In this document: positions 28,549 to 36,629 of the stretch, in pieces
Layout of the letters: every line of letters begins with the position of its first letter
Numbering within the stretch: the first letter of the stretch is position 1
NCBI GenBank assembly: GCA_964519985.1
Contig: CAZFMF010000001.1
Span: 42,633-106,632 of the forward strand
DNA: 64,000 bases
Origin: an uncultured Pseudobdellovibrionaceae bacterium
GTDB lineage: Bacteria > Bdellovibrionota > FAC87 > UBA2466
Direction: 5' to 3'
Notes under the pieces: model-generated
Told to the model about the DNA's origin: nothing
The model's database searches: none
The model's input: only the letters and a program-made list of their open reading frames with translations
Translations under genes and position numbers: made by a program

Positions 28549-31500
28549 CGGGCGGCCTCCTCTTCGGCTTGGCGCGCCGCTTCCGCCGCCTTCACTAGGC
28601 TACGCAAATCGGAAAGGGCGGCGACGATCTCCGGCCTATCGTTGAAGGCTTTTCCATCTTCGGCTTCTTCCAAAGCTTTCACCGCAATCTCAAACCGTCC
28701 GCCGTTCAAGTGCACGAGGGCGAAGTTGGCGTAGGCCGGCGATGAACCCGCTTCGTATGCCTTTTTGAACACCGCGTTAAGGGTCGCTACATCCGCGCGG
28801 TCCATTTGTTTCATGACGGCGAGCGCATTCAAAATCCGCGACGATTTCGGTTCTTTAGCGAGGGAATTGAGGAAGGTAAGCTTTGCCAGGCCCATTTTGC
28901 CGCCGTTCAAGCGCGCCCGGGCGAGCGAATACCAGCTGTCCGGCGATTCTTTTTGTTCCAGATGCGCCTTCACGATCTGCTCCTCGGTCTCCGAAAGGGG
29001 AATGGGTTCGAGCCACGGTGCGTAGCTGCCCAGCAGGCCTTGGATCTTTTGCGCCTGTTTTACTACCGCTTCGCTTCGCGCCCAGCCCCAGCGGCCGAGT
29101 ACCTTGCGGTACATCGGCCCGTCGTGGAAGCCTTCCGTGGTGCGCGTCATGCACTGATCCGCCATCTCGCGGCTTTTGGCGTTGAGCGGTTTGGCGAGTT
29201 TCTCCAGCTCCACTTTTAATTCGTCCGGTTGGCCGTCGCCCAGCGATCGAATGCCTTGCTGGTAGTACGTGTAGAGAAAGGGAACGGCACAATAGCTTTC
29301 GTAGGCCCAAAAGGGTGGCGTGGCCGGATCCGCGGAGACTTCGAGGAAAGCGCGAATCGCTTTTTCCAACTTCTGCGCGCCACCCTGGATCTTGGCCGGT
29401 AGCGCTTCGGCCTTGGCCAACGGGCTTTTTTCTAAATCCGCCATCGTCTTTACGAGGCCATCCCACTTTTTGAACTCGGGCGCCTTAGTGGACGCAGGTT
29501 GTCGCTTGGCATTTTCCTGAATGCGTTGCAACCCAAGCTTTGCGTCGTCGGCGAGGGGGCCGGTTTTTGCGGAAGCGACCACCGCCTGATACAGGCCTTG
29601 CGCCGCCGGCACATGCCCCAAATTCTCGGCGATAAGGGCCGTGCTCATACGGACTTGGTCGATCGTTTCTGGGGTCGTGCCGGGAGGTGGGCTTTTCAAA
29701 AAGGTCGCGTAGAGCGGAAGGGCCTTTTCGTAGTCGCCGGCATCTTGATAGTAGGCGGCCCGCACGCCCGAAACCGCCAGCAGATCCGGAAATTGCGGCG
29801 CGGCCTGTTCCAGCTTAATCGCCACCGCAAGCGCTTCCGGTCGTTTGCCCATTTCCTTGTAACGCACGAATGCGTTGTAGAGCGCCTTGGGCCGCAGGCG
29901 CAGCATCGCGGGATCTTCGGCGATCTTCAAATAGAGGTCAGCGGCTTGGAGATTTTCCGTCGTATTATCCGCCCAGAGAAAGAGCGCTTCTTCGCGAACC
30001 GTTTTCAAGTCGGCGAGATAGGGGGTTTTTCCGAGCTCGGGACGCGCCAGCATCGCCGACGCCCATTCGTACACGCGTTTCCAATCTTTCAGTTCGTAGT
30101 ACACCACGCGCAAGTTTTTAAAGGCACGGTTCCCAAAATCATCCGACGGGTTGCCATCGAAAACTTTCTGACTCTCGGCCAAGCCCTCTTCGTTACGCTT
30201 ATGTTTCAAGAGGGTGACGGTGCGCAAAAACGCGATGGGACGGGCGTGTTTGGTGGACGCATAGAGCTCGTTGTAGAGTCCAGCGTACTTCACGATTTCG
30301 TCGACGCGTTTTTTGACCTCGGTCGGATCGGGGTCGCTTTCCTTGTCTTGCTCCACGCTATTCCACGCGTGCACGAGGTTACGTAGGCTTTCTTCTTTTA
30401 AGGGTTCCTTCAAATCCGTCTGAAACTGTTCCCAATGGGTGCGGAACGCTACGGCGGCTTGCGGAACCTTTTTGTATTTCAAAAGGAAGTGCGCGTACTG
30501 GTAGAGCGGCATCTGCGCGTGCTTCCAACCGCCGAACGCCGTCAGGTAGAGCTGATCGAGTTTCAAGATCCGTTCGACGTCTTCGGGTTTCGCGTACTGA
30601 TCGAGCTCGAAGTGCTGGGCCAGAATGATCTCGTTGAGAATTTTTTCCGCTTTGAAGGCCGGGGTATCCGCGGGCTGCTCCGGTTTGAGCACCACTTCGT
30701 ATGCGCCGACCAAGTCCCGAGTGCGATCGAATACGGTCGTCCAATCGCGAAGCTGATACGCGCCGTGGATAGCGGACGTTTGGAAGGCCAAGCGGTCTTC
30801 CGGTGAGGGATTAAGCGTTAGTAATTGGGTGTACAAGTCATTTGATTTTTCGAAGAGGCCATTGCGTTCCAACTCGCGCGCGAGATCGGCGAGCCACTTT
30901 GTCGCGTCATCGCCACCCAAAAAACGTTCGAAGTATTCGTAAGCCCGTTTGTGATTCCCGACTTCAGCGTAAATGGAAATCAAGTCGCGGCCGGCCTCGC
31001 GCTTCAGATTCAACAGGTGATCGGTGTTTTCCAGGCTGCGCGTCCACAGGATTGCTTGCTCCAGTCCGAGGAGCGCTTTGGCGGTGTTTTTCATCCCGTA
31101 GTTACACCAGCCGATCTTGTAGAGCGAATAGCCGATGATGGGTGAGCCGGGGAACTTCAAAATGTTTTTGTAGAGGTCTTCGGCCGGCTTATAGCGATTG
31201 GCTTCAAATTCGACGTCGGCCAGGATCCGGTAAGCGTTGGGGGTGTTTTCGTGGTTTGGGTATTCGGCGACATAGCGGCGGAGCCAATCCAAGCCTTCTT
31301 TTTCTTCGCCCACTTCCATCAACGCGAATCCCACGAAGAACATCGCTTGGGCGCGCTTGGTGAACTTCGGGTGATTGGACGCGAGATCCTTGGCGATTTG
31401 CACCGCTTGCTTGCGATACTTTTCGTACGCTTCTTTGCCGGTGGTTCCTTCCTTGTTCTTCTGCAGAAACGCGGAAGCGCTGCTCAGTTCCCAAAGCAGT

Positions 31501-33029
31501 TCGCTCTGGCGAAACTCGAGAGAAAGATTGCGGGGGCTATTGGTGGCGCGGGCTTGCTCCACTTCCTCGATGGCTTTCAGAAGGAGGGCCACCAGCTGCT
31601 GATCGTGAGAGTCTTGGGTGGCTTCGTCGGCGACCACGCCCTTGAACTGGGCCCGTAACCGTTCCCGCTCGTCCAAATACGTTTCGGCGATAATCAGTCG
31701 CCCCTGCACGTAGAGTCGCTCGAGATCCTTCAGACGGCGATCGATGAGATCGACCACGATGGAGCTGGCGTAGTCGCGCGACTGCTTGAGCAAGGGTTCG
31801 AGATCCACCGCAATCGCTCCGTACGCGGGGAAGAGCATGCGGTCTTCGCGATTGAGCGCGGAAAGCTCGGTCCGCAAGCTGGCTTGGTACGCTTCGATCG
31901 CTTCGATGCGTTTGTCGTCTTTGAGATCATTTTTTAGATACGGGGGCAGACTCTCGGGATTGGGAAATTGCCGGTACTTGATCAGCGACTCTTTGGATTG
32001 GCGGTAAACATCCATGAATTTACCCACCGCGATTCGGCCTTCGGCACTCTTGCCGGCATCGGTGAGGATCAGCGCGTGGACGGGAAGCGCTTCTAGCGAC
32101 TCAAAGTGAGTGACATCCGAAGAAAGGTCGAGAGCCACTTCCTGCGCCTTTTGGTGTTGCTCGAGGTTGAGCAGCGCCCAAATGGTTTCGAGCTTTGCCC
32201 GCGAAAAGAGCGGTGAGGTGCGGGGTATCTTGTTGTATTGCGCGATCGCACCGTGGAAATCCTTTTTCTGGTAAAGCACTCGGGCAATCGCCATGATCGA
32301 GAGTTCGCCAACGCTATTGGCCTTGGCCAGGGCATTGTGATCGAAAACGATGTTCAGGGAGGTGCCAAACTGGGAGGTCGTATCGGCGCCCAGGTCATTC
32401 CAAAACTCCGTGGATTGCTGGAGCACTTGGGATTCGAAGACCTGCGCGAACGCATTGTGCGCGCCGTCCAGATCTCCTTTCCCCACGAGGATCGTACCCA
32501 GCAAGTAGCTTGCCGGCCCGGAATAACGCGAGCCTTTATTCACCAACGTGAGAAGAGCGGTAGCCCCGGCGAGATCGCCCTTTTCAAAAAGCGCCCGCCC
32601 CTTGGCGAAGCGGATTTCGTCGCGCAGGCCCGAAGAGGTTTCATTTTCGTTGAGCTGATCGATTCGGGCGGCGAGGGAAATGATCGGCACTTTCTTTTGG
32701 AAGAGCGCGACAACTTCGACCATGGGTTTTAGGTCTTGCGGGATACTTTTCCAATCGGCGGGCGACATCCGGCGGAGCATCGCGAGCGCCGCGTTCGGAT
32801 AGCCTTTTTGGATTAGCCCGTAAGCACCGCGCAAACGGGCTTCCGCGGATCCAGGATTACGACGCAAGATTTCGGTTGCCGTGCCGACGACTTCGTTCCA
32901 GTTTTTTTGTTGGAACGCTTCGGCGAGGTGCGGTCCCAGATCCTGCGCGGCAAAGGCGGTCGTCGGAGTGAAGCTCCAAAGAAAAAAAGTCGCCAAGCTA
33001 CGGCGGAAAATGGAGAGGGCCCGCCTCAT
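28545..33029 (-). CDS. 1494-aa exported TPR protein; apparent GltC-GltD(AgmU)-GltE-like fusion
   Basis: Signal peptide; many TPRs; segments resembling GltC, GltD (YSLYKIGWCNY, LKREAGRDL) and a GltE-like tail as recalled. Confidence 0.85.
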   Translation of the reverse strand: MRRALSIFRRSLATFFLWSFTPTTAFAAQDLGPHLAEAFQQKNWNEVVGTATEILRRNPGSAEARLRGAYGLIQKGYPNAALAMLRRMSPADWKSIPQDLKPMVEVVALFQKKVPIISLAARIDQLNENETSSGLRDEIRFAKGRALFEKGDLAGATALLTLVNKGSRYSGPASYLLGTILVGKGDLDGAHNAFAQVFESQVLQQSTEFWNDLGADTTSQFGTSLNIVFDHNALAKANSVGELSIMAIARVLYQKKDFHGAIAQYNKIPRTSPLFSRAKLETIWALLNLEQHQKAQEVALDLSSDVTHFESLEALPVHALILTDAGKSAEGRIAVGKFMDVYRQSKESLIKYRQFPNPESLPPYLKNDLKDDKRIEAIEAYQASLRTELSALNREDRMLFPAYGAIAVDLEPLLKQSRDYASSIVVDLIDRRLKDLERLYVQGRLIIAETYLDERERLRAQFKGVVADEATQDSHDQQLVALLLKAIEEVEQARATNSPRNLSLEFRQSELLWELSSASAFLQKNKEGTTGKEAYEKYRKQAVQIAKDLASNHPKFTKRAQAMFFVGFALMEVGEEKEGLDWLRRYVAEYPNHENTPNAYRILADVEFEANRYKPAEDLYKNILKFPGSPIIGYSLYKIGWCNYGMKNTAKALLGLEQAILWTRSLENTDHLLNLKREAGRDLISIYAEVGNHKRAYEYFERFLGGDDATKWLADLARELERNGLFEKSNDLYTQLLTLNPSPEDRLAFQTSAIHGAYQLRDWTTVFDRTRDLVGAYEVVLKPEQPADTPAFKAEKILNEIILAQHFELDQYAKPEDVERILKLDQLYLTAFGGWKHAQMPLYQYAHFLLKYKKVPQAAVAFRTHWEQFQTDLKEPLKEESLRNLVHAWNSVEQDKESDPDPTEVKKRVDEIVKYAGLYNELYASTKHARPIAFLRTVTLLKHKRNEEGLAESQKVFDGNPSDDFGNRAFKNLRVVYYELKDWKRVYEWASAMLARPELGKTPYLADLKTVREEALFLWADNTTENLQAADLYLKIAEDPAMLRLRPKALYNAFVRYKEMGKRPEALAVAIKLEQAAPQFPDLLAVSGVRAAYYQDAGDYEKALPLYATFLKSPPPGTTPETIDQVRMSTALIAENLGHVPAAQGLYQAVVASAKTGPLADDAKLGLQRIQENAKRQPASTKAPEFKKWDGLVKTMADLEKSPLAKAEALPAKIQGGAQKLEKAIRAFLEVSADPATPPFWAYESYCAVPFLYTYYQQGIRSLGDGQPDELKVELEKLAKPLNAKSREMADQCMTRTTEGFHDGPMYRKVLGRWGWARSEAVVKQAQKIQGLLGSYAPWLEPIPLSETEEQIVKAHLEQKESPDSWYSLARARLNGGKMGLAKLTFLNSLAKEPKSSRILNALAVMKQMDRADVATLNAVFKKAYEAGSSPAYANFALVHLNGGRFEIAVKALEEAEDGKAFNDRPEIVAALSDLRSLVKAAEAARQAEEEAAR

Positions 33030-33769
33030 GCCGCCTGGTCTTCCATCCGCTCGCTAATGTATTGAGCCAATGTGCGGCGATGGGCCGGGTTCATGCGCGT
33101 GAACTCCACGCCGAGAGCGGGCTTTCCTTCAAACGCTTCGTCGCGGGTCACCACGGCGGTCAGTTCCATAGCTTTGGCGAAGGAGGGGCTTTCGATCCGG
33201 AGTTTGACATCCGCGCCCATCTCCGCGCCGGCGGCGGTATGCTCAAAAATCAAACCGGTTTCCGTTAGGTCGAGCACCTTTAGCGGCTTGCCGCCATTAA
33301 CGCAAACCTTCGCATCGATCGGTTTGCTCCAGACCCGTACCATCACTTTCGGCTTGGCGATCGGTTTCACGGGAGCGGGCTTGACCGCGACCGGCTTAGC
33401 GGCCGGTTTCGCCGCTGGCTTCGGCGGGGCGGCCGGCGCTTCTTCCGCTTCCTCTTCGACCGCGGCCTCTTCGGCGGGTTCTTCAACCACCACTTTGGCC
33501 TTTACCGGCGCGGGTTTGGCCTTGGCGACCGGCTTCGGTGCGGGGGCGGCTTCCGCTTCCTCGTTCGGCAGGGGTGTCGACGGGGCTTCGGGAAGGACGG
33601 CGGCAAAGTCTTCGCAGGCCGCAATGAGCGTCCACTGGGGGAGCCCCTCGCACCACACGAAATCGGTGATCGTGGCTTTGCCCTGGGTGATCATCTTGGT
33701 GAGCATGGAAACCGAAAACGGCCCTAACGCTTCACCCTCAACGTGGAGAAACCAAGCTTTGCTGCTCAT
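33026..33769 (-). CDS. GYF_2 (DUF4339) + Pro/Ala/Lys-rich linker + PilZ-like domain protein
   Basis: WFLHVEGEALGPFS..VWCEGLPQW; VLDLTETG..AVVTRD..LGVEF; ATGA overlap with the TPR gene. Confidence 0.82.
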   Translation of the reverse strand: MSSKAWFLHVEGEALGPFSVSMLTKMITQGKATITDFVWCEGLPQWTLIAACEDFAAVLPEAPSTPLPNEEAEAAPAPKPVAKAKPAPVKAKVVVEEPAEEAAVEEEAEEAPAAPPKPAAKPAAKPVAVKPAPVKPIAKPKVMVRVWSKPIDAKVCVNGGKPLKVLDLTETGLIFEHTAAGAEMGADVKLRIESPSFAKAMELTAVVTRDEAFEGKPALGVEFTRMNPAHRRTLAQYISERMEDQAA

Positions 33770-33829
33770 AGGTATCTTTCTGATTTATAAGGCTTTTCCG
33801 GACCCGCACCTGCGGGGGCCCTCACTCCC

Positions 33830-33857
33830 TTTTCGGCGTTTTCCCCTGAAAAGTTGA
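33830..33857 (-). promoter_or_regulatory. Sigma28-like promoter TCAA-N16-GCCGAAAA for the glt operon
   Basis: Minus-strand motif 60 nt upstream of ATG 33769. Confidence 0.5.
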
Positions 33858-33898
33858 ATCGTTGCCTAGGGCGCGCGCTTTTGGTTCACTCTGCCACT

Positions 33899-34813
33899 AT
33901 GTCTACTCTCACCAAGGCCCAGATGCCCCTGGTTGTCCGCCCCGGCCCATTCGTCTGGCTGGGCGGTTGGATTTCAGCCGCCGCCGCCGTCGTTTTTTAT
34001 GGAGGCACCATCCTCGTCATCAATGCGATCCAGATGCTCTCGTTGGTGGTTAGGCCTTTTTCCCTCTCCGCCTTTCGCGCGATCAACCGCTTCGTGGCCG
34101 ACCTTTGGTGGGGCTGGTGTGTCGTAGGCGCCGAGAAGGTGTTCGGCGTGGAACCCGTGTTCACCGGTGACGAGATTCCAATGCACGAAAACGCGATCGT
34201 TTTTGCCAACCATCAGCAGATGCCGGACATCCTCGTCGTCATGATGTTGGCGCGGCGTAAAGATCGCTTGGGCGACATGAAGTGGTTCGTAAAAGAACCG
34301 TTAAAGTATGTTCCCGGAGTCGGTTGGGGAATGCAGTTTCTGGACTGCCTCTTCGTCAAACGCGATTGGCTCGCCGACAAACGCAAAATCCTGACGACGT
34401 TCGAAAAGTTTTTGAAGTATCGCATTCCGATTTGGCTCATCACTTTTGTCGAAGGCACCCGCATTACGCCGGCGAAACAAGAAAAGAGTCAGAACTACGC
34501 GCGTCGTCGGAATCTTCCTCGGCTGCAGCACGTGATGTCGCCGAAGACGCGGGGGTTTACGGCCGCGGTCGAGGGATTGGGCAGTCACATCCAAGCGGTT
34601 TACGACATCACCATCGGATACGAAGGTGGCATTCCCCGCATTCACCACATCGTTCGCGGTTTAGTGAACCGAGTTCACATCGACGTCCGCCGCTTCCCGG
34701 TTGACGCGCTGCCCAATGGCGAACCGGAATTGGCCGCCTGGTTGCATCAACGTTTTGTTCGTAAAGATGAAATCCTAGGCCAGCTCTTCCATTCCGGTCG
34801 ATTTCCCGCTTAG
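33899..34813 (+). CDS. Lysophospholipid acyltransferase (PlsC superfamily)
   Basis: NHQQMPD, KWFVK..LKYVP..GWG, FVKRDW, FVEGTR, VYDITIGY. Confidence 0.9.
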   Translation: MSTLTKAQMPLVVRPGPFVWLGGWISAAAAVVFYGGTILVINAIQMLSLVVRPFSLSAFRAINRFVADLWWGWCVVGAEKVFGVEPVFTGDEIPMHENAIVFANHQQMPDILVVMMLARRKDRLGDMKWFVKEPLKYVPGVGWGMQFLDCLFVKRDWLADKRKILTTFEKFLKYRIPIWLITFVEGTRITPAKQEKSQNYARRRNLPRLQHVMSPKTRGFTAAVEGLGSHIQAVYDITIGYEGGIPRIHHIVRGLVNRVHIDVRRFPVDALPNGEPELAAWLHQRFVRKDEILGQLFHSGRFPA

Positions 34814-34818
34814 GTTCC

Positions 34819-34834
34819 TGGCATGCCGCCTGCA
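34819..34834 (+). promoter_or_regulatory. Sigma54 (RpoN) -24/-12 promoter
   Basis: TGGCATGCCGCCTGCA has the exact GG-N10-GC spacing, followed by AAGGAGG and ATG 34861. Confidence 0.6.
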
Positions 34835-34860
34835 ATTCTGGGTGGCAAGGAGGTAACCCC

Positions 34861-35349
34861 ATGGATAAAGAGTTGATCGGGTGCCTGGAAGGCGATCATC
34901 GCGCCCTAGAAAGCCTGATGAAGCAAGCCTTGGCGACAGATGAAACAGTCACCCGTGTAGCGCTTTTTCACGCTATTGATTCAGAACTCCTATCCCACGC
35001 TGAAGCGGAGGAAGCGATTTTCTATCCCCGACTTCGCCGGGAACCCTCGTTAAGAAATTTGGCGTTAGCGTTGGAGGGAAGACAAATGGAGATCAAGCAA
35101 CAATTGGCGAAGCTGCGGGGGGCAGACCAGGAGGCTTTCGATTGGAAGACGGCCTTGGCGGAGCTGTGCAACCAGGTTCGGAAGCAGATTGTTGAGAAAG
35201 AACAAGAAGCGTTCCCGCGGATGCGGGAGATGCTTTCCGAAGAAGAACGACGGGAAATGGGCGAAGCGATGCGCGACATCAAGGGGCAGACTCGGCGCGT
35301 GGGCGTCGCCGATCGCATTCCGCATCCCGAGAGTGCGACGACGCACTAA
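34861..35349 (+). CDS. Hemerythrin/HHE-domain protein (degenerate)
   Basis: [16 protein letters not shown]; helical. Confidence 0.78.
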   Translation: MDKELIGCLEGDHRALESLMKQALATDETVTRVALFHAIDSELLSHAEAEEAIFYPRLRREPSLRNLALALEGRQMEIKQQLAKLRGADQEAFDWKTALAELCNQVRKQIVEKEQEAFPRMREMLSEEERREMGEAMRDIKGQTRRVGVADRIPHPESATTH

Positions 35350-36629
35350 ACGGCGAGCATTAGCCGGTGTGGATCCTCGAGTAGGTTTTTGACCCGGACC
35401 AGGAATGAGACAGAGTCTTTTCCATCGACCAACCGGTGGTCGTAGGACAAGGCGAGATACATCATTGGCCGGATGACGATTTCATCCTTCACGACGATAG
35501 GTCGTTTTTGGATGGCGTGGAGCCCTAAGATTGCGCTCTGCGGGGGATTGAGAATTGGCGTCGACAAGAGCGATCCGAAAACTCCGCCGTTGGTGATCGT
35601 AAATGTTCCGCCGCCAAGTTCGTTGAGACCCAGCTTGCCCTCACGCGCACTATTGGCCATGCGCTTGATTTCGCCTTCAATCTTATTGAAGGACATGTCT
35701 TCCACTTGTCGTAAGACGGGAACGACCAAGCCGCGATCGGTACTGACCGCAATCCCTAGATTCACATGATCATGAAAAATCACGTCCTCGCCTTCAATGA
35801 AAGCGTTGACCACCGGGAACTCTTTGAGGGCAAGGGCCACGGCGCGCGCGAAAAACGACATAAGGCCGAGAGAGACCCCATGCGTTTTTTCAAACTGTTC
35901 TTTGTACCTTGCGCGTAGCTCCAGCACTTCCGACATGTCCACTTCGTTAAAGGTCGTGAGCATCGCGGCGTTGCGCTGGGCGGAGACGAGGCGTTCGGCA
36001 ATCTTTTTTCGAATTTTGGTCATTGGTTCCCGGCGCTCGCCGTTGACCGAAGGGGATTTCACCGCGGGCGCGGAGGGCGCGGGCGTTGAGAAACCACCGG
36101 ACTTCGCGGACGAAGCCGCGGGTTTGGTAACCGCGGCCATCACGTCTTCCTTTACGATTCGGCCACGAGGTCCGGTTCCGTGAAGGCTGCCCGGATCGAC
36201 ACCGTGTTCGCGCACTAAGCGGCGCACGCTGGGAGCCAGGTCCTCCGCATCCACTTCTTCATGATGGGCGACATTGTGGGTCTCAGGGGCAAGCCCCTTC
36301 GGCGCCTTACCTTCCTTGCTCGGGGGGGGCGGAGTGGGGCCTGCGGCTTTCGGTTCGGGGGCTTTGGCGGCCGGGGCTTTGGTCGCGCCCACGCCCCCGG
36401 CTTCGACCTCGGCGATCGAATCGCCGATGCGTACGGTCGCGCCTTGTTTCACCTTGTGGCGCAAGACCCCGGCGGACGGGGACGGGATCTCTACGTTGGC
36501 CTTGTCGGTTTCCAACTCACAAACCGGATCATCGATGGCGACGGCTTCACCGTCTTGTTTGATCCAGCGCAAGAGCGTTGCTTCGGTGACGGACTCTCCC
36601 AGCGAGGGAATTTGAACCTTAGTTGCCAT
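35346..36629 (-). CDS. sucB: 2-oxoglutarate dehydrogenase E2 (dihydrolipoamide succinyltransferase)
   Basis: Lipoyl motif LETDKA, E3-binding domain, YDHRLVDG. Confidence 0.97.
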   Translation of the reverse strand: MATKVQIPSLGESVTEATLLRWIKQDGEAVAIDDPVCELETDKANVEIPSPSAGVLRHKVKQGATVRIGDSIAEVEAGGVGATKAPAAKAPEPKAAGPTPPPPSKEGKAPKGLAPETHNVAHHEEVDAEDLAPSVRRLVREHGVDPGSLHGTGPRGRIVKEDVMAAVTKPAASSAKSGGFSTPAPSAPAVKSPSVNGERREPMTKIRKKIAERLVSAQRNAAMLTTFNEVDMSEVLELRARYKEQFEKTHGVSLGLMSFFARAVALALKEFPVVNAFIEGEDVIFHDHVNLGIAVSTDRGLVVPVLRQVEDMSFNKIEGEIKRMANSAREGKLGLNELGGGTFTITNGGVFGSLLSTPILNPPQSAILGLHAIQKRPIVVKDEIVIRPMMYLALSYDHRLVDGKDSVSFLVRVKNLLEDPHRLMLAV

